A stretch of DNA of 48,428 bases. Origin: a virus (taxonomy: Duplodnaviria; Heunggongvirae; Uroviricota; Caudoviricetes). The stretch lies in the IMG/VR virus record IMGVR_UViG_3300045988_145381. One strand, 5' to 3'. Position numbers and translations under genes: made by a program. Below, one piece after another: positions 37,526-45,980 of the stretch. Position 1 is the first letter of the stretch; every line of letters starts with the position of its first letter. The notes beneath the pieces were generated by a model that was not told the DNA's origin, made no database searches, and saw only the letters and a program-made list of their open reading frames with translations.

Positions 37526-38188
37526 ATGAAAAGCAACGACGAGAACATCAAGAAAGAAATAGGTCTGCGCATTCAGACTCTACGGAAACAATCCGGCATG
37601 ACTGCCGGAGATCTCCAGCAAGTCACTGGAATAGGCTTAAGCACCTTGCAGAACTATGAGGCCGGATTAAGACAACCATCTATACCTGCCATCAAGAAAA
37701 TCGCGCACGCCCTGAAAGCATCAGCGCCTTACATCGCGTGCTTAACAGATAACCCGTTCCCACCCCAGAATACTAACGCTCCTGTTATTCCTGGGCTTGT
37801 AGCTATAAAAAATGACATAGCATCGCACGCCGGAGAAAAGCCAGTGCTGGCGATAGAACAGGAGATTTTACGAAGCAAGAACATCAACCCATCGTCTCTG
37901 TCAGTTCTCCAGAGCAACGATGAGCTAAAGCTAATGTCACCAACAATATCCCCTGGCTCCCAAGTCCTGATTAATACAGACGATACAGAGATTCATGAGG
38001 GGATCTATGCCCTTGAAGACAGAAATGGCCTGGTTGTTTTGAGGCACTGTAGAGTCATACCGGGTGACAATGCTGTTATGCTGTCAACCGAAAGGGATGC
38101 TGAAATGAACACTAAGCATCTGAATAACGAGGAATTTAAGCGTTATAAAGTTCTTGGCCGCGTAGTTAGTGTTGTCAACTGGTTATGA
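37526..38188 (+). CDS. CI-like repressor (HTH domain plus S24 LexA-like peptidase domain)
   Basis: 220-aa ORF; N-terminal HTH (...QSGMTAGDLQQVTGIGLSTLQNYEAG...), Ala-Gly in HAGEK, C-terminal S24-like region. Confidence 0.75.
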   Translation: MKSNDENIKKEIGLRIQTLRKQSGMTAGDLQQVTGIGLSTLQNYEAGLRQPSIPAIKKIAHALKASAPYIACLTDNPFPPQNTNAPVIPGLVAIKNDIASHAGEKPVLAIEQEILRSKNINPSSLSVLQSNDELKLMSPTISPGSQVLINTDDTEIHEGIYALEDRNGLVVLRHCRVIPGDNAVMLSTERDAEMNTKHLNNEEFKRYKVLGRVVSVVNWL

Positions 38189-38280
38189 TACACAGCACGG
38201 CGAAAGCCGTGCATTTCTACGCTCAAAAAAACCACGCTTTGTGGTTTTGACAACATGTGAAAGTATAAAAGAGGCTACGC

Positions 38281-38655
38281 ATGGAATTACATACAGCCAA
38301 TAAAAACGAAACTCTGATCACTGCTGGAATCGAAATCCAAGCGTTGAACATAGCGATTGAGTGTATGTTATGCCAAATCATTGATAATGAGAAAGATATC
38401 GACTGGATAGAATCTATCCTTCATCTGGCATCAGAACAAAAAGTCTGCCTCAAAACGGCCTTACAATACGATGTGCCAGCGGTATCGAAGCTGTGCCAGC
38501 CATTGATGGCATATAACAGGGCTATTATTTCTGTATGCCTCATGATTCTTGATGAAAACACCCCTCTTAGCGACCGCTCAGAAGCTGCTCTAACCCTCTC
38601 ACGTAAACAGCGACAGCTAGCAAATCAACTGATATCAACGATAGCTGACCTCTGA
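38281..38655 (+). CDS. hypothetical protein downstream of the repressor gene
   Basis: 124-aa ORF followed by a hairpin at 38660..38679. Confidence 0.45.
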   Translation: MELHTANKNETLITAGIEIQALNIAIECMLCQIIDNEKDIDWIESILHLASEQKVCLKTALQYDVPAVSKLCQPLMAYNRAIISVCLMILDENTPLSDRSEAALTLSRKQRQLANQLISTIADL

Positions 38656-38683
38656 CTGCAAGCGGGCTAACGCCCGCTTATAT

Positions 38684-38790
38684 GATTATAGATTTATATA
38701 ATTATATAAAACGCTTTTCATCCGCCAAAAAGTTGGTTATGCTTACCTCGTTCTATAAATATAGATTTATAGAATTATATAACCAAACAC
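38684..38790. repeat. AT-rich palindromic repeats upstream of parF-like gene (candidate centromere/operator)
   Basis: Perfect 16-bp palindrome ttatataattatataa at 38694..38709 and related tatagatttatagaattatataa at 38764..38786; a third copy at 39458..39490. Confidence 0.5.
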
Positions 38791-39459
38791 ATGGAGTCTC
38801 GACAAATGACTATCTCTGTAGGTATTTTCAACGGAAAAGGCGGCGTAACCAAATCAACAATTGCCCGTGCTTTAGCAGTTGCTTATGCAAAGGCTGGCTG
38901 GAATGTATGCCTGATCGATATGGATGTGCTTAACGGAACGGTAACGCGTTGGGTACAACGCAGAATGGCCAACAATATCGAACCAGCAATCGCGGCGCAG
39001 CCGTGCGGCACACCATCACAAGTCCAGAAAATCATCGAATCAGAAGTATACGACCTGGTTATCGTCGATGGCGGTGCCTACGCATCTGAATCAGTACCGA
39101 AGCTCTCTGAATTTCTGGATATGGTTATTTTGCCAACCAGATTCTCTACCGATGACCTGGAAACCACCGTTAACACTGCTCACGGCATCGTTAAAAAGGG
39201 TGTACCAATCAAGAAAATTTGCATGGTGTTTTCCGGCGCGGCTGAAAACGAAGCTGACTATATTGAAGCCCAAGAGTACCTGGCTAATACGCCATACTTT
39301 GTTGTTGATAAGTACATTCCCCACAAGCCAGCTCTGAGCAAAGCTCAGGATAAGGGCTTAAGCCTCATTGAGTGCTCATACGTTGCGCCACGCAAAAAGG
39401 CAGACGACGTTATTCAGGGGATTATCAACCAGCTTGAGGCTCTGACTACTGCCGCGTAA
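38791..39459 (+). CDS. ParA/ParF-type partition ATPase
   Basis: 222-aa ORF with deviant Walker A (GIFNGKGGVTKST); start may be the second Met at 38806. Confidence 0.7.
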   Translation: MESRQMTISVGIFNGKGGVTKSTIARALAVAYAKAGWNVCLIDMDVLNGTVTRWVQRRMANNIEPAIAAQPCGTPSQVQKIIESEVYDLVIVDGGAYASESVPKLSEFLDMVILPTRFSTDDLETTVNTAHGIVKKGVPIKKICMVFSGAAENEADYIEAQEYLANTPYFVVDKYIPHKPALSKAQDKGLSLIECSYVAPRKKADDVIQGIINQLEALTTAA

Positions 39460-39502
39460 TATATAATTATAGTTTTATAGATTTATATAAGAGGGGATAC
39501 AC

Positions 39503-39751
39503 ATGGCCGCACCATCAAAACCACCAAAGAAGAACAGCAAAGGCGTACCGCCATCGATCGAACAACCGCAGGTTTTCGACCCGACTGAAACGCCAACCAG
39601 AACCAAATCAGGTGGGGCACAAATGGCGTTTAACGTCGACCCTGAATTTAAACGCGAGTACAAAACGTTCGCCAGCTCAATGGATATGTCATTGAAAGAA
39701 GTGCTGACAAAATCTTTTGAGTTACTCAAGGCTCAATACAACCAGAAGTAA
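39503..39751 (+). CDS. ParG-like small ribbon-helix-helix partition protein (putative)
   Basis: 82-aa ORF immediately after the ParA-like gene; flexible basic N-terminus and C-terminal strand-helix-helix-like segment. Confidence 0.5.
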   Translation: MAAPSKPPKKNSKGVPPSIEQPQVFDPTETPTRTKSGGAQMAFNVDPEFKREYKTFASSMDMSLKEVLTKSFELLKAQYNQK

Positions 39752-39813
39752 GAGAAGGTGACGGCCTCCAGCGCCAACTGTTGGCCGTCGCGACACAACA
39801 AGGGGAATTTGTT

Positions 39814-39963
39814 ATGTCCGAGCAACAATATACACGGTTACTAAAAACTCGTCTAATAGACCTCAAACGGCTGCAAGCTGGTCGCTTATTTGCCCTGCTA
39901 TCCACCAGGCCAGAATGGGTACGTGAAGCAGTTCTGAAAGGCTTAATGCGCTCAAGCGTTTAA
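39814..39963 (+). CDS. small hypothetical protein
   Basis: ORF 39781..39963 trimmed to MSEQQYTRLL... with aagggg Shine-Dalgarno. Confidence 0.3.
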   Translation: MSEQQYTRLLKTRLIDLKRLQAGRLFALLSTRPEWVREAVLKGLMRSSV

Positions 39964-39967
39964 ATTC

Positions 39968-39990
39968 AACCATAAAAAAGGCCCCCGAAG
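39968..39990 (-). terminator. rho-independent terminator (minus-strand orientation)
   Basis: ggcccccgaaggggcc hairpin with a T-run on the minus strand. Confidence 0.5.
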
Positions 39991-40001
39991 GGGCCTAATC
40001 G

Positions 40002-40124
40002 CTACTTGCTGCTAATGTTTATCGTCACATTTAGAGCGTTATCAGTAATCTTCCAACCCTCCCCATGTGGCGTAAACAAAGCTCCAGTAACAACGATAAA
40101 AATACACATACAGTATTTTTTCAT
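40002..40124 (-). CDS. small hydrophobic peptide (40 aa, MKKYCMCIFIVVTGALFTPHGEGW...)
   Basis: Read directly from sequence; Shine-Dalgarno-like aaggg upstream; terminator 39968..39990 immediately downstream. Confidence 0.25.
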   Translation of the reverse strand: MKKYCMCIFIVVTGALFTPHGEGWKITDNALNVTINISSK

Positions 40125-40520
40125 TGTATGGCCCTTACAGGCCGTTTCACGGCATCCCCACCGACGAAAACAACGCGAGAGCAAGCACGGCTGCTTGTGC
40201 TTGCATGTACGGCAACGGAGAATCCTCCCCTAAAGTCGGTGCCCGGGTGCGAATCGGCGGGAAGGTCCACAGGTATTTTACGATTATTTTAAGATTAGTA
40301 ATAGGAAAGAAATTAAACGAAAAAACTCGTTTATTTTCACAAAATCAGTAACCTACCCACAATCTGTGAGTTTGCAGGCACAACAAGAACCACAATTTTT
40401 TGAAGCATAATAGTGGACTATTATTACCTTTTGGGTAAAATTAACTTGCTGCTTGTGCTTGCGTGGTTGTTTATACAACAACGTAATGCTGAAAGGACCG
40501 CGAATCCGATCAGCACGAAA

Positions 40521-40549
40521 GAACCGTCCTCAATAGGGCGGTTTTTTTG
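40521..40549 (+). terminator. intrinsic terminator-like hairpin in the ant leader region
   Basis: Stem-loop followed by 7 T. Confidence 0.45.
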
Positions 40550-40690
40550 TTTCTGCCTACCAATAAACCCACGCTATGTGGTTGTCTCTGTTAAAATCCC
40601 GCCGTATTGACATGAATGCGCCATTGGTGGACACTTTCCGAGCCGTAGCAAAATCTACGGTCGGGATTGGCGTCCCGATTGCACAATGGC

Positions 40691-40716
40691 GCATACCGCG
40701 TTAGCGGTTTTTTTAT
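40691..40716 (+). terminator. intrinsic terminator-like hairpin in the ant leader region
   Basis: accgc-gtta-gcggt stem-loop followed by 7 T. Confidence 0.45.
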
Positions 40717-40876
40717 GCGTAAAGCACTGCTACACCCAAATTATGGTGGGGCGTGCGGGGGCGGAGAAATCCGCGCCGGGTTTGTCATTGTGCCGGTTAC
40801 GCCAACCCTGTACGTCTCACCACCATATTGATTGGCGTCATTGGTGGTGATAGTTCCTTTAATCGGAGATATCACA

Positions 40877-41068
40877 ATGACAAACCTACCCCATGACTAT
40901 TACGTCAACCTCGTAAAGATCCTTCTCAAGAAAGCCTCATACGCCGATAAATTCCGCCTGGCTGAAATCATCGAGCGCGAAGCTATGCGCATCGCCAGCA
41001 ACGATAACGCTGTTTCTGACGCAAAAATCTCCCTCGTAACCAAAGTAGTTATGGGAGGTGCAAAATGA
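40877..41068 (+). CDS. small protein overlapping the ant start (Icd-like position)
   Basis: 63-aa ORF (MTNLPHDYYVNL...) within ORF 40832..41068; ATGA overlap with the ant-like gene. Confidence 0.35.
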   Translation: MTNLPHDYYVNLVKILLKKASYADKFRLAEIIEREAMRIASNDNAVSDAKISLVTKVVMGGAK

Positions 41069-42246
41069 AAACGCTTCCGACCGTTAACACCCTACAGCCT
41101 ATCCTGCATAACCAGCTCCCCGTTATCACTACTGAACTACTGGCGCAATTGTATGGAACCGAGCGCCAACGTCTGACAAACAATTTCAATAGAAACAAGG
41201 AACGTTTTATAGAAGGTAAACACTTTTTTAGGATAGAAGGTAAAGAGTTACGAGAGTTGAAGAACAAAAACTCTTTAAGAGTTCCTGTGAGAGTAGTTAA
41301 CGAACCATCTTTAAGAGGGTTACAAATTCCCCCGAAAGTTCGCTCCCTCATCCTCTGGACAGAACGCGGGGCTGCACGTCACGCTAAAATGCTTGAAACT
41401 AACCAAGCGTGGGATGTGTTCGAACGGCTGGAAGACTGCTATTTCAACCAGAACGCGCAAACGGCCGCGACCGTAACCGTCTCACCAAACAATGCTCGTG
41501 AGGTTGTCGATACGCTCAACGCCAAACCGATGTTTTACATTAAAGTGTGCAACAACGAGCCACTCACAACCTCAGCCGATGTTGCCCAGGCATTCAGCAC
41601 CACAAACAATTCCATCGTTATGGCCATCGATGCGTTACGCATTCCTCGCACAGCTGCGGCGCGTCATTTCTTTAAAGAGCAACGACCGTTGGAAGGAAGC
41701 GACCGCGAAATAACAATCTATCGCATGACAAAAGACGGATTTACCTTGCTCATGGAAAGTATCGACGGTCCAGGCGTGAAGGATATCAAGCTGGCCTACA
41801 TTGAAGCCTTTAACGCTATCAGCAGCGTGTTAAAAACACAGTACGAGCGCGATCTGGCTAAACGACTGTACCAGGAAAAAACGATTATCCGCGCGGCAAC
41901 AGAGCATAATCGGCTATTAACGGAACCGAACTACAGGAAGGAACTAATCAAGGAGTTTGACAAGGCAACAGGGAAAACCAAAGCGGCGCTAAGTCTGCCA
42001 GCAATGACTCAGGAAAATGTGATATCAGCCTTACTTCTTGATCTGCTCAGAAACGCCAGAGCACTTATCAGCTTTGACGAAAACCTGAATCCTCAGCTCA
42101 AGCTACTACCACCGACAGGCAAAGTAGTCGACCAGGCTGATCACAACAGCATACTCAGCGTACTGGATGCAAACCTGCCAGCCAGGACACTACAGGATCT
42201 GATAAAAACATGTGCTGATAAGCTGGCACAGAAAAGCAGACCATAA
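41065..42246 (+). CDS. ant: antirepressor (ORF6N/KilA-N-like plus Rha/Ant-like domains)
   Basis: 393-aa ORF; N-terminal ...ITTELLAQLYGTERQRLTNNFNRNKERFIEGKHFFRIEGKELREL... and central Rha/Ant-like region; hairpin terminator at 42252..42271. Confidence 0.65.
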   Translation: MKTLPTVNTLQPILHNQLPVITTELLAQLYGTERQRLTNNFNRNKERFIEGKHFFRIEGKELRELKNKNSLRVPVRVVNEPSLRGLQIPPKVRSLILWTERGAARHAKMLETNQAWDVFERLEDCYFNQNAQTAATVTVSPNNAREVVDTLNAKPMFYIKVCNNEPLTTSADVAQAFSTTNNSIVMAIDALRIPRTAAARHFFKEQRPLEGSDREITIYRMTKDGFTLLMESIDGPGVKDIKLAYIEAFNAISSVLKTQYERDLAKRLYQEKTIIRAATEHNRLLTEPNYRKELIKEFDKATGKTKAALSLPAMTQENVISALLLDLLRNARALISFDENLNPQLKLLPPTGKVVDQADHNSILSVLDANLPARTLQDLIKTCADKLAQKSRP

Positions 42247-42983
42247 CTACAAGGGGCTACGGCCCCTTACTCTTTTCTCTCTTATCAACACCAGAGACTT
42301 TCTGAAAATCCTTTCGAATAGCGTCAGCGTCACGCGCCAAGCCCATACTCGAACGTGTCGCCATATGACGAAAATGATCAACTGCCGGAAACAAAGAAAT
42401 AATGGACCCAATAGCTTGCAGCAAACTCGCTTTTCTACGCATCATAATTCCACCATAACCGATAACCACCCTTCAGACACACCCCCCCCTCCCCCCATAC
42501 AGGGTGCCCTTTACCGGAGTTCCGGCCCCTTCTCAAAAGCATCAAAAAAAGCTCGAGATCGAGTACCGGAACTCATGCCACCAGATAGCTCCACATCGTT
42601 TCCAATGCTTCGCCGCCGTGTGCGCCCTGTGGCCCACAATCATGCCATTGGTCGTCTGATATACCTTCTTCTGCTCATAGAGCACAGGCGAGTTGTCGCA
42701 CTCCTGCCTTTCTCAGACTCGACTTAGTTTAGATCGCTGTTCCTGGCTTGCGTCAGCACACTTTCCCCTTGTACGCATACCCGCGCGCCACTTCGCCCAA
42801 AAACACCGAACCCAACGAAGTGGCAAAGACAACGACGCGAGCGTGAGTCTGAAATGGGCACCAGTAAAAAAGGGGTTGCAGGCGCAAAAAGATTTGATTA
42901 TCTTTAGACGCAAGAAAGCCGCCCCAATCAAGAGGTGTCTTTTTAAATCCAGCCTACCAAGCAAGATTTAAATTTCAGACTGA

Positions 42984-43007
42984 AAACCGCCCGGCAAGGC
43001 GGTTTTT
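42984..43007 (+). terminator. rho-independent terminator
   Basis: aaccgcc-cggcaa-ggcggtt hairpin followed by tttt. Confidence 0.5.
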
Positions 43008-43055
43008 GTCTTTCTGGCGCTTACATTACACCACCATAAAACGATCCGTAAAGGA

Positions 43056-43328
43056 TCATTTGATCCCTTGTTCCAATTCTGCCGACACTTTAACCTTTTC
43101 CCATACAAGGGTTTGCAGCCTTAACAGAATCGCATCTTTATCAAGGTGTGAAAGATCCTTAACCATATCGTCAAACGACAGAACGCGAATGGCCATCTCA
43201 ATGACCCTCGGCGGCTCCCCCTTCTCATATCGCTTATATGTAGCCAACGATATCCCAAACTCTTCGGCTGCTCGCTCCTGCGTCCAGTTCATCCCACGAC
43301 GCCATAATTTCAATTCGTAACCCGTCAT
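43056..43328 (-). CDS. XRE-family HTH transcriptional regulator
   Basis: 90-aa ORF with HTH (...WTQERAAEEFGISLATYKRYEKG...). Confidence 0.6.
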   Translation of the reverse strand: MTGYELKLWRRGMNWTQERAAEEFGISLATYKRYEKGEPPRVIEMAIRVLSFDDMVKDLSHLDKDAILLRLQTLVWEKVKVSAELEQGIK

Positions 43329-43429
43329 TACATCCTCTACCTTTCCCTAGATATTCAATAAATTAGACATAGCCACTCACGACAAAATAAGATGTATTAA
43401 CAATCCAATCTTTAGGCTTTAGGTAAAAA

Positions 43430-43855
43430 ATGAGTTCATCTGCTTTTGTCACCGTGGTCACTGGTGTAAGTGTTTTTGTTCTAGGCCAACTCATCGTCAA
43501 AGGAGCTATTGAGCCTTACATTTCATTCAGGGAACAACTAGGGAAAATATCCAATCTGTTATTATGTAACCAAGCAAAAATAGTGAATCCTGGCTCGAAC
43601 TTAAAGCCAGAAATCATTCATGATCTAAAAGATTCCGCAGCACAGTTAATGGCGAAATATTCCACTTTACCTTTCTATATCAAAAAGTTACATATCGGCT
43701 TTCGTCTTGTTCCATCAGCCACCGAGATTCTTGGGGCAGCTCAAAATTTGAACTATATAGCGTCAATACATGAAGGTAAGACTGGGGAGAATCCATCTAA
43801 GCATCTCGAAGAGATTGGCCATATGCTCAAAATACCAACTACCTATTCAAGCTAA
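43430..43855 (+). CDS. membrane-anchored hypothetical protein
   Basis: 141-aa ORF with N-terminal TM helix (SAFVTVVTGVSVFVLGQLIV); locally AT-rich coding sequence; divergent from the HTH regulator. Confidence 0.45.
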   Translation: MSSSAFVTVVTGVSVFVLGQLIVKGAIEPYISFREQLGKISNLLLCNQAKIVNPGSNLKPEIIHDLKDSAAQLMAKYSTLPFYIKKLHIGFRLVPSATEILGAAQNLNYIASIHEGKTGENPSKHLEEIGHMLKIPTTYSS

Positions 43856-43923
43856 CCCAATGTAAGTTATCGGCTTGCCCCACAATAAGTTATCTATCTT
43901 CAAACGCCCCCTATATTAACACT

Positions 43924-43950
43924 CGCAAAGTGTCAAAATGACACTTTGCG
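43924..43950. terminator. perfect 12-bp-stem palindrome between convergent genes
   Basis: cgcaaagtgtca-aaa-tgacactttgcg. Confidence 0.45.
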
Positions 43951-43958
43951 CATTGTGT

Positions 43959-44339
43959 TTACTTAACGAGGAATAAAAATGGTTTATTGTTCGGCGGTGT
44001 AATCGGGGCTGGCTCGCTTTTGCTCATGCGATCAGTGTACCAGGCCAACTCCTTGTCAAAGTAAGCCTGATTAAAATAGGCCATGAATGTAGTTTCAAAT
44101 CCATAACGACCGCTAATACGCAGCATCTGATTGCCGTTCTCTGTTTCCAGATATACCTGGGCACGTTCCTGATTCTCCTTCAGCCAGGTTAAAGCCTCAT
44201 CGCATGAGGACACACGATACTCATCATCGTAGCAGTCATCGATGCGGCTTGAGGAAGAACGGCAAATCACGCCAACAGAACCAGCCAGGATAGTTTGAAT
44301 TTTAAGGAAAGCGTTTTTGCGGATTTTAATCATGCTCAT
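43959..44339 (-). CDS. hypothetical protein
   Basis: 126-aa ORF directly downstream of promoter-leader copy 3. Confidence 0.45.
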   Translation of the reverse strand: MSMIKIRKNAFLKIQTILAGSVGVICRSSSSRIDDCYDDEYRVSSCDEALTWLKENQERAQVYLETENGNQMLRISGRYGFETTFMAYFNQAYFDKELAWYTDRMSKSEPAPITPPNNKPFLFLVK

Positions 44340-44346
44340 CGGGTTA

Positions 44347-44457
44347 TCTCCGGTTTAACCAGGGCGGGTATCGCTCGGTTTCGGGTATAACCTTAGGAAT
44401 TTTTTTCCCACCTGTAAAGCACTTTTTATATAAATATATAATTATATAATTCTATGA
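44347..44457 (-). promoter_or_regulatory. conserved promoter-leader element, copy 3
   Basis: Near-identical to copies 1 and 2, including the upstream ttatataattctatga motif. Confidence 0.6.
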
Positions 44458-44502
44458 GCACAAAAAAGCCCCTTTGCAACAGGGGCTTATCATTCGTTCT
44501 GA

Positions 44503-44802
44503 TCAGATGTTAAACGCTATTCGTTTTCCTGTGGGAAGCTCAACATCCAGGCTTAATTTGCCTCCCATAGCTTCAACGTAACGCTTTAATGTCGCCAGCT
44601 TTAAATCATTTCCGCGCTGCTCCAGCTTTGTTACTGCTGGCTGGCTTATACCCATCGCCTCAGCAACCTGTTTTTGTGATAACTGGAGTTCTTCACGCAT
44701 CATCTGCAAGCCGACCTCAAGAATCATCTCATCTGCCATTTCTTTAATTCGCGCCTGGCTTTCCGGTGAACGGCTGGCAATCGCCTCATCTAATGTTCTC
44801 AT
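44503..44802 (-). CDS. higA: HigA-like HTH antitoxin
   Basis: 99-aa ORF with XRE-type HTH (...LSQKQVAEAMGISQPAVTKLEQ...), overlapping the stop of the upstream toxin-like gene. Confidence 0.65.
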   Translation of the reverse strand: MRTLDEAIASRSPESQARIKEMADEMILEVGLQMMREELQLSQKQVAEAMGISQPAVTKLEQRGNDLKLATLKRYVEAMGGKLSLDVELPTGKRIAFNI

Positions 44803-45155
44803 TACTTGCTCTCCAGTGTGTTCAGATGTGCTGCAAACTCATCCTCAGCTATACGCACCAGTTTTTCATAAAACCGCTTATCGTTACTTTTGTCTCCTGC
44901 ACAAAGAACGATGGCCCGGCGAATCGGATCGAACGCATAAAAGGCTCTTATCGGACGGCCAGAAAACTGAACGCGAAGCTCTTTCATATTTTTGTACCGA
45001 GAACCTTTTACGGTATCGGCATATGGCCTGGGTAACTCAGGTCCGTAAACCTGTAGCTTTTTCAAATCAGCCAAAACCTTTTCCTGAAGAGCGTCTTCTT
45101 GCTCATTTAGCCAGTCGTCAAATCGCTGGCTAAAAAGTACCGTCCACATGCTCAA
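44802..45155 (-). CDS. higB: HigB/RelE-family toxin-like protein
   Basis: 117-aa ORF upstream of and coupled to the HTH antitoxin (toxin-first order); two TATAAC-N6-GTTATA-type palindromes at 45159..45204. Confidence 0.6.
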   Translation of the reverse strand: MSMWTVLFSQRFDDWLNEQEDALQEKVLADLKKLQVYGPELPRPYADTVKGSRYKNMKELRVQFSGRPIRAFYAFDPIRRAIVLCAGDKSNDKRFYEKLVRIAEDEFAAHLNTLESK

Positions 45156-45393
45156 TCCTATAACCTGTAGTTTATATCACTAACTATATAACCTGTGAGT
45201 TATAATTTCAAGAAAAACGGGGCTATTTAACATAATGGACGTTATCGGCACCACCGGATCACCGTTCATTGTCGGATCTAAAAAATCCGCTCAAAAGATC
45301 ATGTTTTCCTGGGCGTTTTCCACCGTTTTTTATGTTGCTTATTTGTTAATGAAATCTCGTTTTCAGTTTCGCCTCATTTTCGACGCGAAAGCC

Positions 45394-45684
45394 CTATTTT
45401 TGTGACTTTACTCCTGGCATATGGACTTCCCAGCGACGAATCCCCATAGCTGCGCAAAAATCAGCCACATAATTCAATCCCGCCCATTCGCGGATACCAC
45501 CACGGGCTTTTTCAATGAAAACGGCAATCCCTTTTTTATTGAGAGCAAAAAGCCGCCAGCTTTTTGTCACTTCGTCCTGGGTAGCCACAACACAAGTGAA
45601 AGCTCCCATGCGATACAGGTCCAAGAACTCTTTGCGTGTTTTGCGTACAAGTTCCATAACAAACCTCATATTTGCATGTTTCAA
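45394..45684 (-). CDS. hypothetical protein
   Basis: 96-aa ORF coupled to the upstream HTH gene. Confidence 0.4.
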   Translation of the reverse strand: MKHANMRFVMELVRKTRKEFLDLYRMGAFTCVVATQDEVTKSWRLFALNKKGIAVFIEKARGGIREWAGLNYVADFCAAMGIRRWEVHMPGVKSQK

Positions 45685-45980
45685 ACATCTGTTTTGTTAT
45701 CAATGAAGATTAACCCTAACCCAGCGAAGTAACACAGCAGCGCCCAGGCTGCATACGGAATGCTGGATCTGGATGTGGACTCCTTTAACATCTGCCAGTT
45801 GCGAACATTGCGACTATCTTTTAAGCCAAGTTTTTTGGCCAACTGCGAGCCGCTCATTCCGGTCAGGCCAATGACTGCCCGAACTTCTCCACATGTAGGA
45901 GATTCCCATTCATCCGCTTTTTTTAAACAAGCCGGATTCAACATTTTTAAAACAGTATCTTTATCCATAACCATCTCCAT
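45681..45980 (-). CDS. HTH-domain protein with hydrophobic C-terminus
   Basis: 99-aa ORF; HTH-like ...GMSGSQLAKKLGLKDSRNVRNWQ... and C-terminal ...AAWALLCYFAGLGLIF... Confidence 0.45.
   Translation of the reverse strand: MEMVMDKDTVLKMLNPACLKKADEWESPTCGEVRAVIGLTGMSGSQLAKKLGLKDSRNVRNWQMLKESTSRSSIPYAAWALLCYFAGLGLIFIDNKTDV

Noticed and set aside
42212-42727. 171-aa plus-strand ORF and 70-aa minus-strand ORF after ant
   Set aside because: The 171-aa frame overlaps the ant 3' end and terminator and translates through a poly-C tract (PPPPP). The 70-aa ORF ends inside the ant terminator hairpin. Coding status is not supported, though a smaller real gene in the region cannot be excluded.
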